A DNA stretch of 64,000 nucleotides, taken from Candidatus Poseidoniaceae archaeon (GTDB lineage: Archaea; Thermoplasmatota; Poseidoniia; Poseidoniales; Poseidoniaceae). Positions 30,979-40,309 of the stretch are shown one piece after another (within the stretch, counting starts at the first letter, position 1; each line of letters begins with the position of its first letter). The notes beneath the pieces were generated by a model that did not search any database, had not been told where the DNA came from, and worked only from the letters and a program-made list of their open reading frames with translations. The stretch is taken from positions 10,495 to 74,494 of the forward strand of contig JASLKC010000057.1 in assembly GCA_030747785.1 (NCBI GenBank), read 5' to 3'. Both the position numbers and the translations under genes were made by a program.

Positions 30979-31938
30979 TCAATCATCCCTGTCTAGCAGT
31001 TCTGCAAGCATAGTAGCGTGCATCGTATCAGAGATACCCAGAGTTTCTCTGAGAGTTGTGAGCATAGCGTCCTCATCAGCGGTAATCATACCATCTTCGA
31101 GTGCGGTGATCAGTGTTGCGCGGTATGCATTTTCAGCATCACCCAATATAGGTGCTTCTCGAGCTAATTTCAATAGGCGTGTATGGCTTTCATCGTCGAT
31201 ACCAAATGCGGTACGCATGGTGACGAGTAGTGCGACTTCATCTTCGACGATTTCACCATCTACTAGGGCTTGTCTTAGCATGTCTAAGTATACATCCTCA
31301 GGAGGGGGGATATCTTGTGATTTCCGTGCTTCATCAGATATTCTACGCACGCGGTCTGGGTGCATTCCTACGAATTCCACAACTTCGTTCAGGAGATGTT
31401 GTTCGTCCTTGGTGATTTTCCCATCTTCCCATGCCCGTGCAAGCATACGGCGGACCAAATCCTCACCTGCCTGAGCATCGAGTGATGCAGTGCCTTCTGG
31501 ATTGGAAACCGGTGAAATAACCGGATTTGAATGGAATACCATTCCTTCATCGAGATGAGAAAGTAGGTCTAGGGTCAACTGACCTCCAGCTCGCAAAGAG
31601 GAAAGTACGACCTTCTCACCATTGTTGATTACATCCTCATCGAGTATTCTCTGTCGAAGAGCACCTGCTCTTTGGCGTCCGGCTGAAGTGAGTCCATAGA
31701 CGCGTCGTCGCTGTTTAGCACCCGGTACATGGCGTTGGCCAGTGATGAGTTCACCTCTATTTTCTAGGCGCTTCAAAGTACGCGGTACATGCTTTCTCTG
31801 GACGTGTACTGCGGCTGAAATACCTGCTTGAGTAATGCTTCCTGGAGCCTCCCACTGTCCTTCGGGAAGCGGGTTGTCATTGAGGTGAAGTAGCATACGC
31901 TCCTCAGTGGTCAAGGTGCCGAGATATCCGTCTACCAT
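30979..31938 (-). CDS. Winged-helix protein with C-terminal TerB-like repeats
   Basis: 'ITQAGISAAVHVQRKHVPRTLKRLE...RRRVYGLT..G' MarR-like wHTH, plus three 'A..DG.I..DE..LL' repeats. Confidence 0.65.
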   Translation of the reverse strand: MVDGYLGTLTTEERMLLHLNDNPLPEGQWEAPGSITQAGISAAVHVQRKHVPRTLKRLENRGELITGQRHVPGAKQRRRVYGLTSAGRQRAGALRQRILDEDVINNGEKVVLSSLRAGGQLTLDLLSHLDEGMVFHSNPVISPVSNPEGTASLDAQAGEDLVRRMLARAWEDGKITKDEQHLLNEVVEFVGMHPDRVRRISDEARKSQDIPPPEDVYLDMLRQALVDGEIVEDEVALLVTMRTAFGIDDESHTRLLKLAREAPILGDAENAYRATLITALEDGMITADEDAMLTTLRETLGISDTMHATMLAELLDRDD

Positions 31939-32002
31939 GCTCCTCCCTCCCTATGGGGAGGGAAGGGGAGGCACATAAGAGTCCCCACACCCTCACGCAA
32001 CC

Positions 32003-32953
32003 ATGGGAGGAGGTCGTAAGTCTAAGCCGAGGGTTCGTTCGACCCGTCCAATTGGCCTTTCTGCAGATGGTGCCCCTTCCATACCGAACGAACAACCTGT
32101 AGAGCAAGACGGCATGTGGTTCATCCCTGAACCGATATCTATGCGTTTGTATCAGAAGTCTGCTCTCGGTGTTATTTGCGAGGGAGGTATTCTTCTCACC
32201 GCTGAGGAAGTTATGTTTTGTCATTGGCATCGTCATATCCCATTGCAGGATGATTTCGTCGATAAGCGCCTAGATGAAGATCCTGATTTCGCTCATCGAT
32301 GTGTTGCATATGATGTGGCCCGTTCAGGGGGAGAAAAAGTTGTGCCAAAAGACGGTGTTTGGTTACGTTGGGCACGCGATACACATCCATCAAAAGGAAC
32401 TCCTGAAGCCGAAATTCGATGGGCTAGAACTTGCAATACGTTGGATTGGTCAGAATTATTGCAGTGGACAAGAACTGTTACAGATTCAGGAATGCTTTCG
32501 GAATTGGCAATCGTCGATGATGAGATGGATGTAACCATGTATCGCTTATCACTTATCGACCCAAGAGGTTCACTAACACCAGCAATTCCTGGTGAGCAAT
32601 CTGATTCTATTGGTGTCGAGCATCTTTCGAGGAGATTCATCCGTGAAGATGAAGCCAATTGGACAGCGGGAAATGATGACGATGTCACTAAATTATTCGG
32701 TGAATTAAATTCCAGAGGTTTACTCATGCGTCCCGGTTTCAAATACGGTTGTAGATGGAGGGTGTACGATACACCAATCGATGAATCTCATGCACCATGG
32801 TTAATGCAGATGGAAAAGGATGCCGCTAATACTTGGGACGGAGTATGCCTTTCAGTAAGATTAGCGGAAGGGGTCAACAAGGGCTGGGTCTGTGTCATGG
32901 ATGACGGGGACTGGAACTTCCTCCAGTTCAGGCGCCATCTTCCTGGAAGATGA
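32003..32953 (+). CDS. endA: tRNA-intron (splicing) endonuclease
   Basis: 'RGLLMRPGFKYGCRWRVY', 'HAPW', 'RLAEGVNK' supply the Tyr/His/Lys triad in the C-terminal unit. Confidence 0.82.
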   Translation: MGGGRKSKPRVRSTRPIGLSADGAPSIPNEQPVEQDGMWFIPEPISMRLYQKSALGVICEGGILLTAEEVMFCHWHRHIPLQDDFVDKRLDEDPDFAHRCVAYDVARSGGEKVVPKDGVWLRWARDTHPSKGTPEAEIRWARTCNTLDWSELLQWTRTVTDSGMLSELAIVDDEMDVTMYRLSLIDPRGSLTPAIPGEQSDSIGVEHLSRRFIREDEANWTAGNDDDVTKLFGELNSRGLLMRPGFKYGCRWRVYDTPIDESHAPWLMQMEKDAANTWDGVCLSVRLAEGVNKGWVCVMDDGDWNFLQFRRHLPGR

Positions 32954-34900
32954 TTTGATTCCCATTATCACCCAAAGTGCACAAAGACACAGAGCCACTG
33001 GAACCAGCGTCCCTGGGTTTTTCACAAAAGCGAACCCACTCGTTTCATCAGATTCCGCAGTTAACTCGACTTCGACAATCCATTGGTGTCCAGAATCCGA
33101 TGCGATTACTACTTCGCCCTTTGCAAGCATTTCAGGTGTAAGGAGCCCATCGGGATCGATTTCGAGTGTGATAGAATCGCCGGGGCCTAGATTTTGTCGA
33201 TTATCGGTGGTAGCAATTCTCTCGAGGGGCCCTTCTAATCCAATTAGCCACGTCTGGTCTTCCTCTCCAATGAATTCCAGTGGAATTGTGATTGTACTAA
33301 TCACATCGAACGGTATTATTGCTTCAAAATATGAATTGACAGGGATGCTTCCAAGGATTTCGAAATCATGTTCAACATCGATAATGCTACCAGATGAACA
33401 ACCGATAGTTCCCGTGATTGTACCTACTACACCCTTGATTCCTGCCGAATCAAATACGAGTTCACCTTCATGGTGGCTCAGCAATCTATTATCCGAACTC
33501 ACGAGGTTTAACTCCAACCCATCACAATTTGCGTGTATTGGAATGGAATCATCGGCCGTAAGAACAGAGCCATGGTTTGGAAGATTTACTTCGGTTGCGT
33601 GGCCACATCCTTCAGATGAAAATTGAATGGAATAATTATCTCCTGAATTTGCAACTTCCCCCGTCCAATCGACCAATATTCCGTCGTGGTCTCTAATTTG
33701 AATTCCAGTCGCTCCGAATGTACTACCATCTTGGAATAAATCTGAACTTTCACCCTCACCCACGCCATTGACTAAGTCCTGACGTCCATCGGCTTCCATT
33801 ACTACTAACCATGGCTGTTCAGGATGGGAATTCACGGTATTAGTAAGAACCGAACCGGCTGTGGTATCTTGCTTGAGAACCAAAACTCCATGGCCAGGGA
33901 GGTTGCTATCAAATCCAGAATTTGTTCGCAATTCGACCCATACAAATTCCCCTTCGCCAATATCGATTTTCAGTGCAGTGCCGCCTTCACTCATTCCAGT
34001 TAGGGGGACTGTTGCGCCTGTGCAAGTTTCTCCCGCTGGCCAATCGAGAACCATTTCAGTGTGACGAGAGGTACCGATTACTTCCATTGTTGCAGAAGTT
34101 GGTAGAGCAGGCCATGCGCCATTACCGTTCCAATTACCGCTTGCCATCACATCCCATTTTCCAACTCCTTTCCAGGATTGTGCAACTGTTTCATCGTGAA
34201 CGGGATAAAGATCTAAGGCACCCAATTGATGGTACATTTCATGAATTAATGTGCCGAAATTATTGGAGGATTTTTGTGAACCAATCGTATAGTGAGCAAT
34301 AGAAAGTCCAGCTCCAAGAGCAACTTCATTCTCAATGCTTGAGAAGTGACTCCAGATTCTATTTGATGACCCACCACCATCTTCCTGTGGTTTGATGCAG
34401 TGTAGAATTAGAAATCTGTCGACCCATCCATCTCCATCCATGTCGTAATTTGCCCACTCTACATCTTGTGAAATATCTCTGACAACCTCCTCTGCTAAGG
34501 TATGTGGATTATGGCCATCAGCACCCACATCTCTCTCGCCATTGACATCAAGGCCATATGTGGTCATCGCTTGACTTGGAGTGATTATTTCATCGTGATA
34601 ATCAATTGTGAGTTCAACCTGCCCACCGCTCGTTTGGTCGATATAATTGATCGCAGATTGAGAGAACATAGTTTCTGCTCGTTGCTGGTCACACCCCACC
34701 ATTTCGTCTTGGTCAGGGAAGTCGATTAGAACAACAAGCCAACGTTCTTGAGTATGCATTCCTACCAATGGACCTGCATCGGATTCTGAGATTATTGAAT
34801 TATCGAGAATCCATTCCTCAATTGCGTCACCAGAGGCCCATGCACCGCCTGCCAGTAGCAGGAATATGATGGCAATCGGCCACCCTACAGAGGGACGCAT
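32861..34900 (-). CDS. Secreted, membrane-anchored M6 (immune inhibitor A-like) metalloprotease
   Basis: 'VVLIDFPD', 'DMDGDGWVD', 'IWSH', zinc motif 'HEMYHQLGALDLY', 'WDVMASGNWNG', and a C-terminal TM. Confidence 0.85.
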   Translation of the reverse strand: MRPSVGWPIAIIFLLLAGGAWASGDAIEEWILDNSIISESDAGPLVGMHTQERWLVVLIDFPDQDEMVGCDQQRAETMFSQSAINYIDQTSGGQVELTIDYHDEIITPSQAMTTYGLDVNGERDVGADGHNPHTLAEEVVRDISQDVEWANYDMDGDGWVDRFLILHCIKPQEDGGGSSNRIWSHFSSIENEVALGAGLSIAHYTIGSQKSSNNFGTLIHEMYHQLGALDLYPVHDETVAQSWKGVGKWDVMASGNWNGNGAWPALPTSATMEVIGTSRHTEMVLDWPAGETCTGATVPLTGMSEGGTALKIDIGEGEFVWVELRTNSGFDSNLPGHGVLVLKQDTTAGSVLTNTVNSHPEQPWLVVMEADGRQDLVNGVGEGESSDLFQDGSTFGATGIQIRDHDGILVDWTGEVANSGDNYSIQFSSEGCGHATEVNLPNHGSVLTADDSIPIHANCDGLELNLVSSDNRLLSHHEGELVFDSAGIKGVVGTITGTIGCSSGSIIDVEHDFEILGSIPVNSYFEAIIPFDVISTITIPLEFIGEEDQTWLIGLEGPLERIATTDNRQNLGPGDSITLEIDPDGLLTPEMLAKGEVVIASDSGHQWIVEVELTAESDETSGFAFVKNPGTLVPVALCLCALWVIMGIKSSSRKMAPELEEVPVPVIHDTDPALVDPFR

Positions 34901-34931
34901 GGGGACTTCGTCCCCATCGGTGAGGTTTGAA

Positions 34932-36209
34932 TCATTGGTCGTGGAGAGTCGTAAAAACATCAATTCCAGAACAATCAGCCAAACTCAGCCATGCTTCATC
35001 ACGATTCATTTGCAAACCAAAGGGAATATTTCCACCATGGTGTAGGGTCTTGATGCCGCACTCTGATAGAATTTTATTAATTCGTTCAAGGCTACTCTGC
35101 TTCGACCAAGGCGAAATTAGCGATGCCATAGCTAATCGTAGGTCGACATCGTGATTATGAGTTCGTAGAGTGGCAATATGCGATAGATCTAGACTTCTGG
35201 AATCAATTCCTAAGAACCGTAATGAATCCATAAATCCTGGTGGCATACCTTCAAGCGAACACCCTGAGAACACAATATCGGTTACGCCAAATCTTTTACA
35301 GGAATCTATGAGGTAATTTTGCTCAATTGGATAGCGGCAAACCGCATCGTATCTCATTACTCCCATGCCGGGTAGTGGACTTATTGAGGGGGTAGAACCA
35401 CAGCATGAACAGTCGACATATAGGACTCGATGAATTCCACCTTCAGCGTCAAATAGATCATTCAATCCATACGCATCAGGTGCGCTCGCTCTGAATATAT
35501 TCCAACCTGATAATTCCACAAGACTCACAGCAATAATTGACAATGCAATCATCAATCCCGACATTTGTGAAGGGATTGCTAACCATAGTAGCATCACCAT
35601 GAATCCGTGAACTCTGACTCGCCACCACCCAGAATTACCAGCCCACAATAATTTCATTGAACCTGCTATTCGAATCACACTAATGGCTGCAAGAATAAGA
35701 AGTACTGCCCATGAAATTGTGATTGAGATGCGTAGCATTTCGGTAGCATCGTATAGTCCAACCAATCCAAGGCCACTTTGGAATGAATGGCCTTCAGCGA
35801 AAACCCAAGGCATTAACTCCATAATCACAAACCAAAGTGAAAGAATTCCAAGCCCCCAGATAGTTGTCATCCAGAATACAAATGCTCTGCGTTCAGAAGG
35901 TAATAGCCCACGTGCTGCAAAAGTATAGGCCTGAATCATTGCGAATGGAGCAGCAGTAAGCAATCCTAGTAATGCTGAACTCAGCCATTTTGTACTGGCC
36001 CATTCATCAGGTGAAAATACATTGATACAACTCGTTGTACAGGGGTCGAGTCGCGCCAAGATCCAATTCAGAATTATATCTATTGAGAAGGACCACACTA
36101 CTGCTAAAATCACTGTGAGAATTACAGTTGCTCTAAGGCGTTGGCCTAACTCTCTTAGGTGAGATTGTACACTCTGTCGGCCATCTCCCGACAGGTGCAG
36201 ATTACTCAT
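34932..36209 (-). CDS. tatC: TatC-family twin-arginine translocase subunit with C-terminal Cys-rich extension
   Basis: 'SHLRELGQRL', 'FSPDEW', 'PFAMIQAYTFAARGLLPSERR' resemble TatC TM1-TM2. About 170 extra soluble residues follow. Confidence 0.72.
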   Translation of the reverse strand: MSNLHLSGDGRQSVQSHLRELGQRLRATVILTVILAVVWSFSIDIILNWILARLDPCTTSCINVFSPDEWASTKWLSSALLGLLTAAPFAMIQAYTFAARGLLPSERRAFVFWMTTIWGLGILSLWFVIMELMPWVFAEGHSFQSGLGLVGLYDATEMLRISITISWAVLLILAAISVIRIAGSMKLLWAGNSGWWRVRVHGFMVMLLWLAIPSQMSGLMIALSIIAVSLVELSGWNIFRASAPDAYGLNDLFDAEGGIHRVLYVDCSCCGSTPSISPLPGMGVMRYDAVCRYPIEQNYLIDSCKRFGVTDIVFSGCSLEGMPPGFMDSLRFLGIDSRSLDLSHIATLRTHNHDVDLRLAMASLISPWSKQSSLERINKILSECGIKTLHHGGNIPFGLQMNRDEAWLSLADCSGIDVFTTLHDQ

Positions 36210-36215
36210 ATGGCA

Positions 36216-37166
36216 TCAGACCAAATCTGTAGCCTTCTGTGGCGCACGTGCTTGAACTACGGTTCGGTATACACCATATATTGCCCAAAGTGTGCACATT
36301 GCAATTACCAGAGTATATCCCCATGGAAGGTTCACATCTACAGCCCATCCCGTGAAGATGAGTAGACCCAATGAAACCGCTCCTCTTTGCAAGCCCTGTG
36401 GCATTGCCAGTGACATGTCGAGGTGAGGAGGGCCGCCTCCAAAGCGGCGCTCGTAGAATTCCCCTTGGATAACTGCAGCAATAATCAAAATTGAAAGAGT
36501 GGTCCAGAAGTACACGTTGCCTTGTTCAAAATATGTGGCGGATAGTTCAGCCTGATGCTCTGCCTCGATATCTTCAGCGGTTTTCTCAGAAACAAAGAGG
36601 GATTGGAAATCGCCAACACTAATCGTTCGAAGAGCGGGGTCCGCATCATTTGTAGCATCACCAGGGGCATTGATTGTGAACGGGAGAATATTCCAAGCAT
36701 CTCCATCCGAGAAACTTCCATCTCCATCTACAGCATTTCCTACGAGATTAAAGTGAACATTACCCACGTCCTCTGATGGCGCAGTCCATGTGATTGCCCA
36801 ATCATTGCCGACGGCACTTTGGCTTACGGCGCCACCAGAATCGGTTACTGTTAGGGAACCATCACCGGGTGTCAATGTTCCAGAGCCATAGTCCCAGAGC
36901 ATATATCCGCCTTCGGAATTAGTGGCGTGTTGAAGTGAAATGATGAATTCATAGTCAGTACCGGTTTCATAGGAACGAGGGACTCCTGAGATTGAAACGA
37001 CGACACTGGTAGAAGGTGAACCACCTGCTCCGTGGCACGAACAACCCTCTTCTGGAACGATGCGATCATTTTGCATCCATGGTGGCCCGCCGCTGAACCC
37101 AAAGGCAGGAGCTACCAATAGTAGTGCAAGTCCAGTCATCAGCAAGATGCTGAGCCTTCGTGACAT
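36216..37166 (-). CDS. Exported Reeler/choice-of-anchor-V-like domain protein with C-terminal TM helices
   Basis: Signal peptide 'MSRRLSILL...AFG', 'GGPP...GCSCHG', 'WTAP...GNV.F...GNAVDGDG', three TM helices. Confidence 0.6.
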   Translation of the reverse strand: MSRRLSILLMTGLALLLVAPAFGFSGGPPWMQNDRIVPEEGCSCHGAGGSPSTSVVVSISGVPRSYETGTDYEFIISLQHATNSEGGYMLWDYGSGTLTPGDGSLTVTDSGGAVSQSAVGNDWAITWTAPSEDVGNVHFNLVGNAVDGDGSFSDGDAWNILPFTINAPGDATNDADPALRTISVGDFQSLFVSEKTAEDIEAEHQAELSATYFEQGNVYFWTTLSILIIAAVIQGEFYERRFGGGPPHLDMSLAMPQGLQRGAVSLGLLIFTGWAVDVNLPWGYTLVIAMCTLWAIYGVYRTVVQARAPQKATDLV

Positions 37167-37253
37167 GATTCATCGGCACTCGTGTCTTGTTATTGAACAT
37201 TGCCAACTCTCCCCGCCCCTTAGGGGCGGTGAGGAGAACATCTGGCACAGTGG

Positions 37254-38678
37254 TTAAAGTTCCTTGATGGCACTATTCAATTCGGTCATCATAGCCTTAC
37301 CATCACCGAATAACATCATGGTCTTATCTTCATAGAAGAGGTCGTTATCCACGCCTGCATATCCAACCGAAAGGCTTCGCTTGATGATAACGACGGTTCG
37401 TGCTTGGTCAGCATCGATAATCGGCATTCCTGCCAATGGTCCTTCACCACTGCGTGCTGCAGGGTTACAAGTGTCATTAGCACCAATAACAATCGCCATA
37501 TCACATTCGGAAAATTCGGGATTGATTTCATCCATTTCGATCAGTTGCTCGTACGGAACATTTGCTTCAGCTAGAAGGACATTCATGTGCCCTGGCATTC
37601 GACCTGCAACCGGATGGATTGCATACTTGATTTCAGTATCAAATTTCTCAGCCATCAGGTCAGCGAATTCCTTGACTTGGTGCTGACACTGGCTAACAGC
37701 CATACCATAACCTGGAACGATGATAATCTTCTGAGCACCATCAGCCATCATTGCTACTTCTTCAGCATCGGTACCGGCTTTAGTACGTGTCAATGAAGCC
37801 TTTTCACTGCCGCCGAACGACTTGAACAAGACATCGGTAAGTGTTCGGTTCATCGCCTTGCACATGATGAAAGTCAGAATAAGTCCTGATGCTCCAACAA
37901 GGCTTCCAGCGATAATGAGTACACTATTTCCAATAATGAATCCAGTGAATGCTGCTGCAATTCCCGATAGAGAATTGAGTAGGCTCACTACTACAGGCAT
38001 ATCCGCTCCACCAATCGGTAGGACGAGGATTATTCCAAGAAGACATGAAATTCCAATGATTCCCCATAGGTAATCGGTATTTGTCATATCATTAATCGAG
38101 AGATAAATCATCACTAATACTGAGAAGAAGAGAATTATCTTTACTGGATTGAGCCAAGTTGGACCCCAGGTAGGTGTGCGAATCCACTTGCCGAAAACCT
38201 CTACCCCACCCTTCAATTTGTACATGGCTAGAATAGAACCGGTCAGAGTCATCCATCCAACAAGGGCTGAAAGTCCGGCAGCTACAACGATAACTGGTAG
38301 ATCCAATCCTGTTGGAAGTGCATGACCTTCATCGATGTATTTCCAACTCTCGGAAAGTGCAACAAGAGCAGAAGCTGCTCCTCCGAATCCATTGAACAAT
38401 GCAACCATCTCGGGCATACCGGTCATCTGGACCCTAGCGGCCATGATGTATCCAATTAGAGAACCAGTAACTAATCCTGCAATGATAAGAGTCCATGATA
38501 CAATTCCATTCTCACCTAGTTGCATATCAGCAATAGTGGTAATGACTGCTACAGCCATTCCCATCATACCGTATTGATTGCCCTTTGGAGCAGTTCTAGG
38601 ATGGCCCAATTTCTTCAGGCCGAAGATGAATAATGCTGCGGAAACAAGGTATCCGAAACTAACCCAATCGCTAATCAT
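37254..38678 (-). CDS. pntB: NAD(P) transhydrogenase subunit beta
   Basis: 'MPEMVALFNGFGG', 'IGGADMPVVVSLLNS', 'PGYGMAV', 'HPVAGRMPGHMNVLLAEA', 'GANDTCNPAA'. Confidence 0.96.
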   Translation of the reverse strand: MISDWVSFGYLVSAALFIFGLKKLGHPRTAPKGNQYGMMGMAVAVITTIADMQLGENGIVSWTLIIAGLVTGSLIGYIMAARVQMTGMPEMVALFNGFGGAASALVALSESWKYIDEGHALPTGLDLPVIVVAAGLSALVGWMTLTGSILAMYKLKGGVEVFGKWIRTPTWGPTWLNPVKIILFFSVLVMIYLSINDMTNTDYLWGIIGISCLLGIILVLPIGGADMPVVVSLLNSLSGIAAAFTGFIIGNSVLIIAGSLVGASGLILTFIMCKAMNRTLTDVLFKSFGGSEKASLTRTKAGTDAEEVAMMADGAQKIIIVPGYGMAVSQCQHQVKEFADLMAEKFDTEIKYAIHPVAGRMPGHMNVLLAEANVPYEQLIEMDEINPEFSECDMAIVIGANDTCNPAARSGEGPLAGMPIIDADQARTVVIIKRSLSVGYAGVDNDLFYEDKTMMLFGDGKAMMTELNSAIKEL

Positions 38679-38680
38679 GT

Positions 38681-38989
38681 TCAGCCCCTCCTCTTTTTAC
38701 CAGCAATCATATTCAACATTCGATTGGTGACTGCAAAGCCACCTACGACGTTGATCATTGCCAAGGTTAGTGCAACAAATGCCAAGATTCCTGAAACAAC
38801 AGTATTACCACCATCATATGCGACATTAGCTCCAAGCAATGCTCCAACAACACTGATTCCAGAAATTGCATTTGCACCACTCATCAATGGAGTGTGTAGC
38901 ATAGAAGGTACTTTGGTAATCAATTCAAATCCAAGGAAAATCGCTAATACAAATAATGTAATTGATCCAATTAATGTTGCAGGCTCCAT
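38681..38989 (-). CDS. pntAb: NAD(P) transhydrogenase subunit alpha, membrane part
   Basis: 'LHTPLMSGANAISGI', 'INVVGGFAVTNRML'. Confidence 0.95.
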   Translation of the reverse strand: MEPATLIGSITLFVLAIFLGFELITKVPSMLHTPLMSGANAISGISVVGALLGANVAYDGGNTVVSGILAFVALTLAMINVVGGFAVTNRMLNMIAGKKRRG

Positions 38990-40152
38990 CAGAGAGCACC
39001 TCCTAGACGAGATTGCTTTGGATGTATTTCTCCATCCTTACAGATTAGTACTCCACCCATGCCATTAACATGGAAATCGCTACCTTCTGGTGCGCCCACT
39101 AGTATGTCATCATCCTCGGAGATGGTGAAACCATTCTCCTTATCGACGAGACTTGTGATGAATGTGGTTAGGTTATTGGAATAAAGCATAGAAGCAGTAT
39201 TTGCAAGAGTTCCAGGCAAATTGGAAGTTCCAACAATGATTACTCCATTATCGGTAGTGTGAATTTCACCGGGTTTGGTCAATTCGCAATTTCCCCCCAC
39301 ATCTGCATTCATGTCTACAACAACTGCTCCGGATTTGAATTCCGCAACAGCACTCGCCGGCACGGTAATGGGTGCAGGCCTTCCGAAAATACGGGCGGTC
39401 GTGACAATGATGTCAGCATCAGCAGCAACTCCACAAACAGTATCGTTTACTTTCTGAATAAATTCCATTGTTAGTGGTTTTGCATATCCGGATTCATCTT
39501 CAAAATCATCCATCCCATCGACCTCGATAAAGCGTCCTCCTACCGATTCAATCTGCTCGGCAGCGCTCTTGCGAACATCTGAAGCATATACTACTGCACC
39601 GAGCCTTTTTGCGGTTGCAATCGCCTGAAGGCCAGCAACACCAGAGCCCATGATTACGACCTTTGCTGGTCGAATAGTTCCTGCGCTCGTGGTCATCATT
39701 GGGATTCCTCTTGGAACATGTGCTGCCCCTAGAAGAACTGCCTTGTAACCCGCTAGATTATCCTGGCTTGAATTTACATCCATTGATTGTGCACGGCTAA
39801 GACGACGTGGTATCATATCCATACTCAACAGAGTTACTCCCCCATCGATACAAGCTTGTACCTTCTCAGGGTGTCTAAAAGGATCTGCTACACATGCAAC
39901 GATTTGCCCTTTAGACAATTCAGATGCGTCCGGAATCCTGATGCTGATTAGAATCTCAGATGAGAGAACAGATGCTCTATCGGAAATTGTTGCCCCAGCA
40001 TCTGAATATTCTTCGTCGCTGTAATTGGCAGCATTACCTGCTCCCTTTTCAACGATAACTTCGAACCCTGATTTCATTAATTTCTTCATACTTCCGGGGA
40101 CAATTGCCACACGTGTTTCGCCTTCTGGTTCCATTGGAACTCCGATTTTCAT
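38989..40152 (-). CDS. pntAa: NAD(P) transhydrogenase subunit alpha, soluble domain I
   Basis: 'ETRVAIVP', 'SRAQSMD', 'AGYKAV', 'GSGVAGLQAIATA', 'GGNCELT'. GAGGTGA RBS before ATG 40152. Confidence 0.95.
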   Translation of the reverse strand: MKIGVPMEPEGETRVAIVPGSMKKLMKSGFEVIVEKGAGNAANYSDEEYSDAGATISDRASVLSSEILISIRIPDASELSKGQIVACVADPFRHPEKVQACIDGGVTLLSMDMIPRRLSRAQSMDVNSSQDNLAGYKAVLLGAAHVPRGIPMMTTSAGTIRPAKVVIMGSGVAGLQAIATAKRLGAVVYASDVRKSAAEQIESVGGRFIEVDGMDDFEDESGYAKPLTMEFIQKVNDTVCGVAADADIIVTTARIFGRPAPITVPASAVAEFKSGAVVVDMNADVGGNCELTKPGEIHTTDNGVIIVGTSNLPGTLANTASMLYSNNLTTFITSLVDKENGFTISEDDDILVGAPEGSDFHVNGMGGVLICKDGEIHPKQSRLGGAL

Positions 40153-40309
40153 GACATCACCTCGCGTGTGCCTAAGCACACCGACAGATGCGTCGACCAG
40201 CATCCGGTTCTTGAACGACTCGGTCCTCGTTGTCAAATTAGGTGTTCGCCCCAACACCGCCTTGCTTATGGATGGGGGGCGTCTGGGCCCCACACTGGAG
40301 TGTCAAACC

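Noticed and set aside
5812..40309. Long N-terminal extensions in the ORF track for glyA (5812), archease (30039), M6 protease (34963), pntAa (40293) and mdh (40025)
   Set aside because: They overlap neighbouring genes or promoters. Family homology and RBS or promoter position support the downstream starts.
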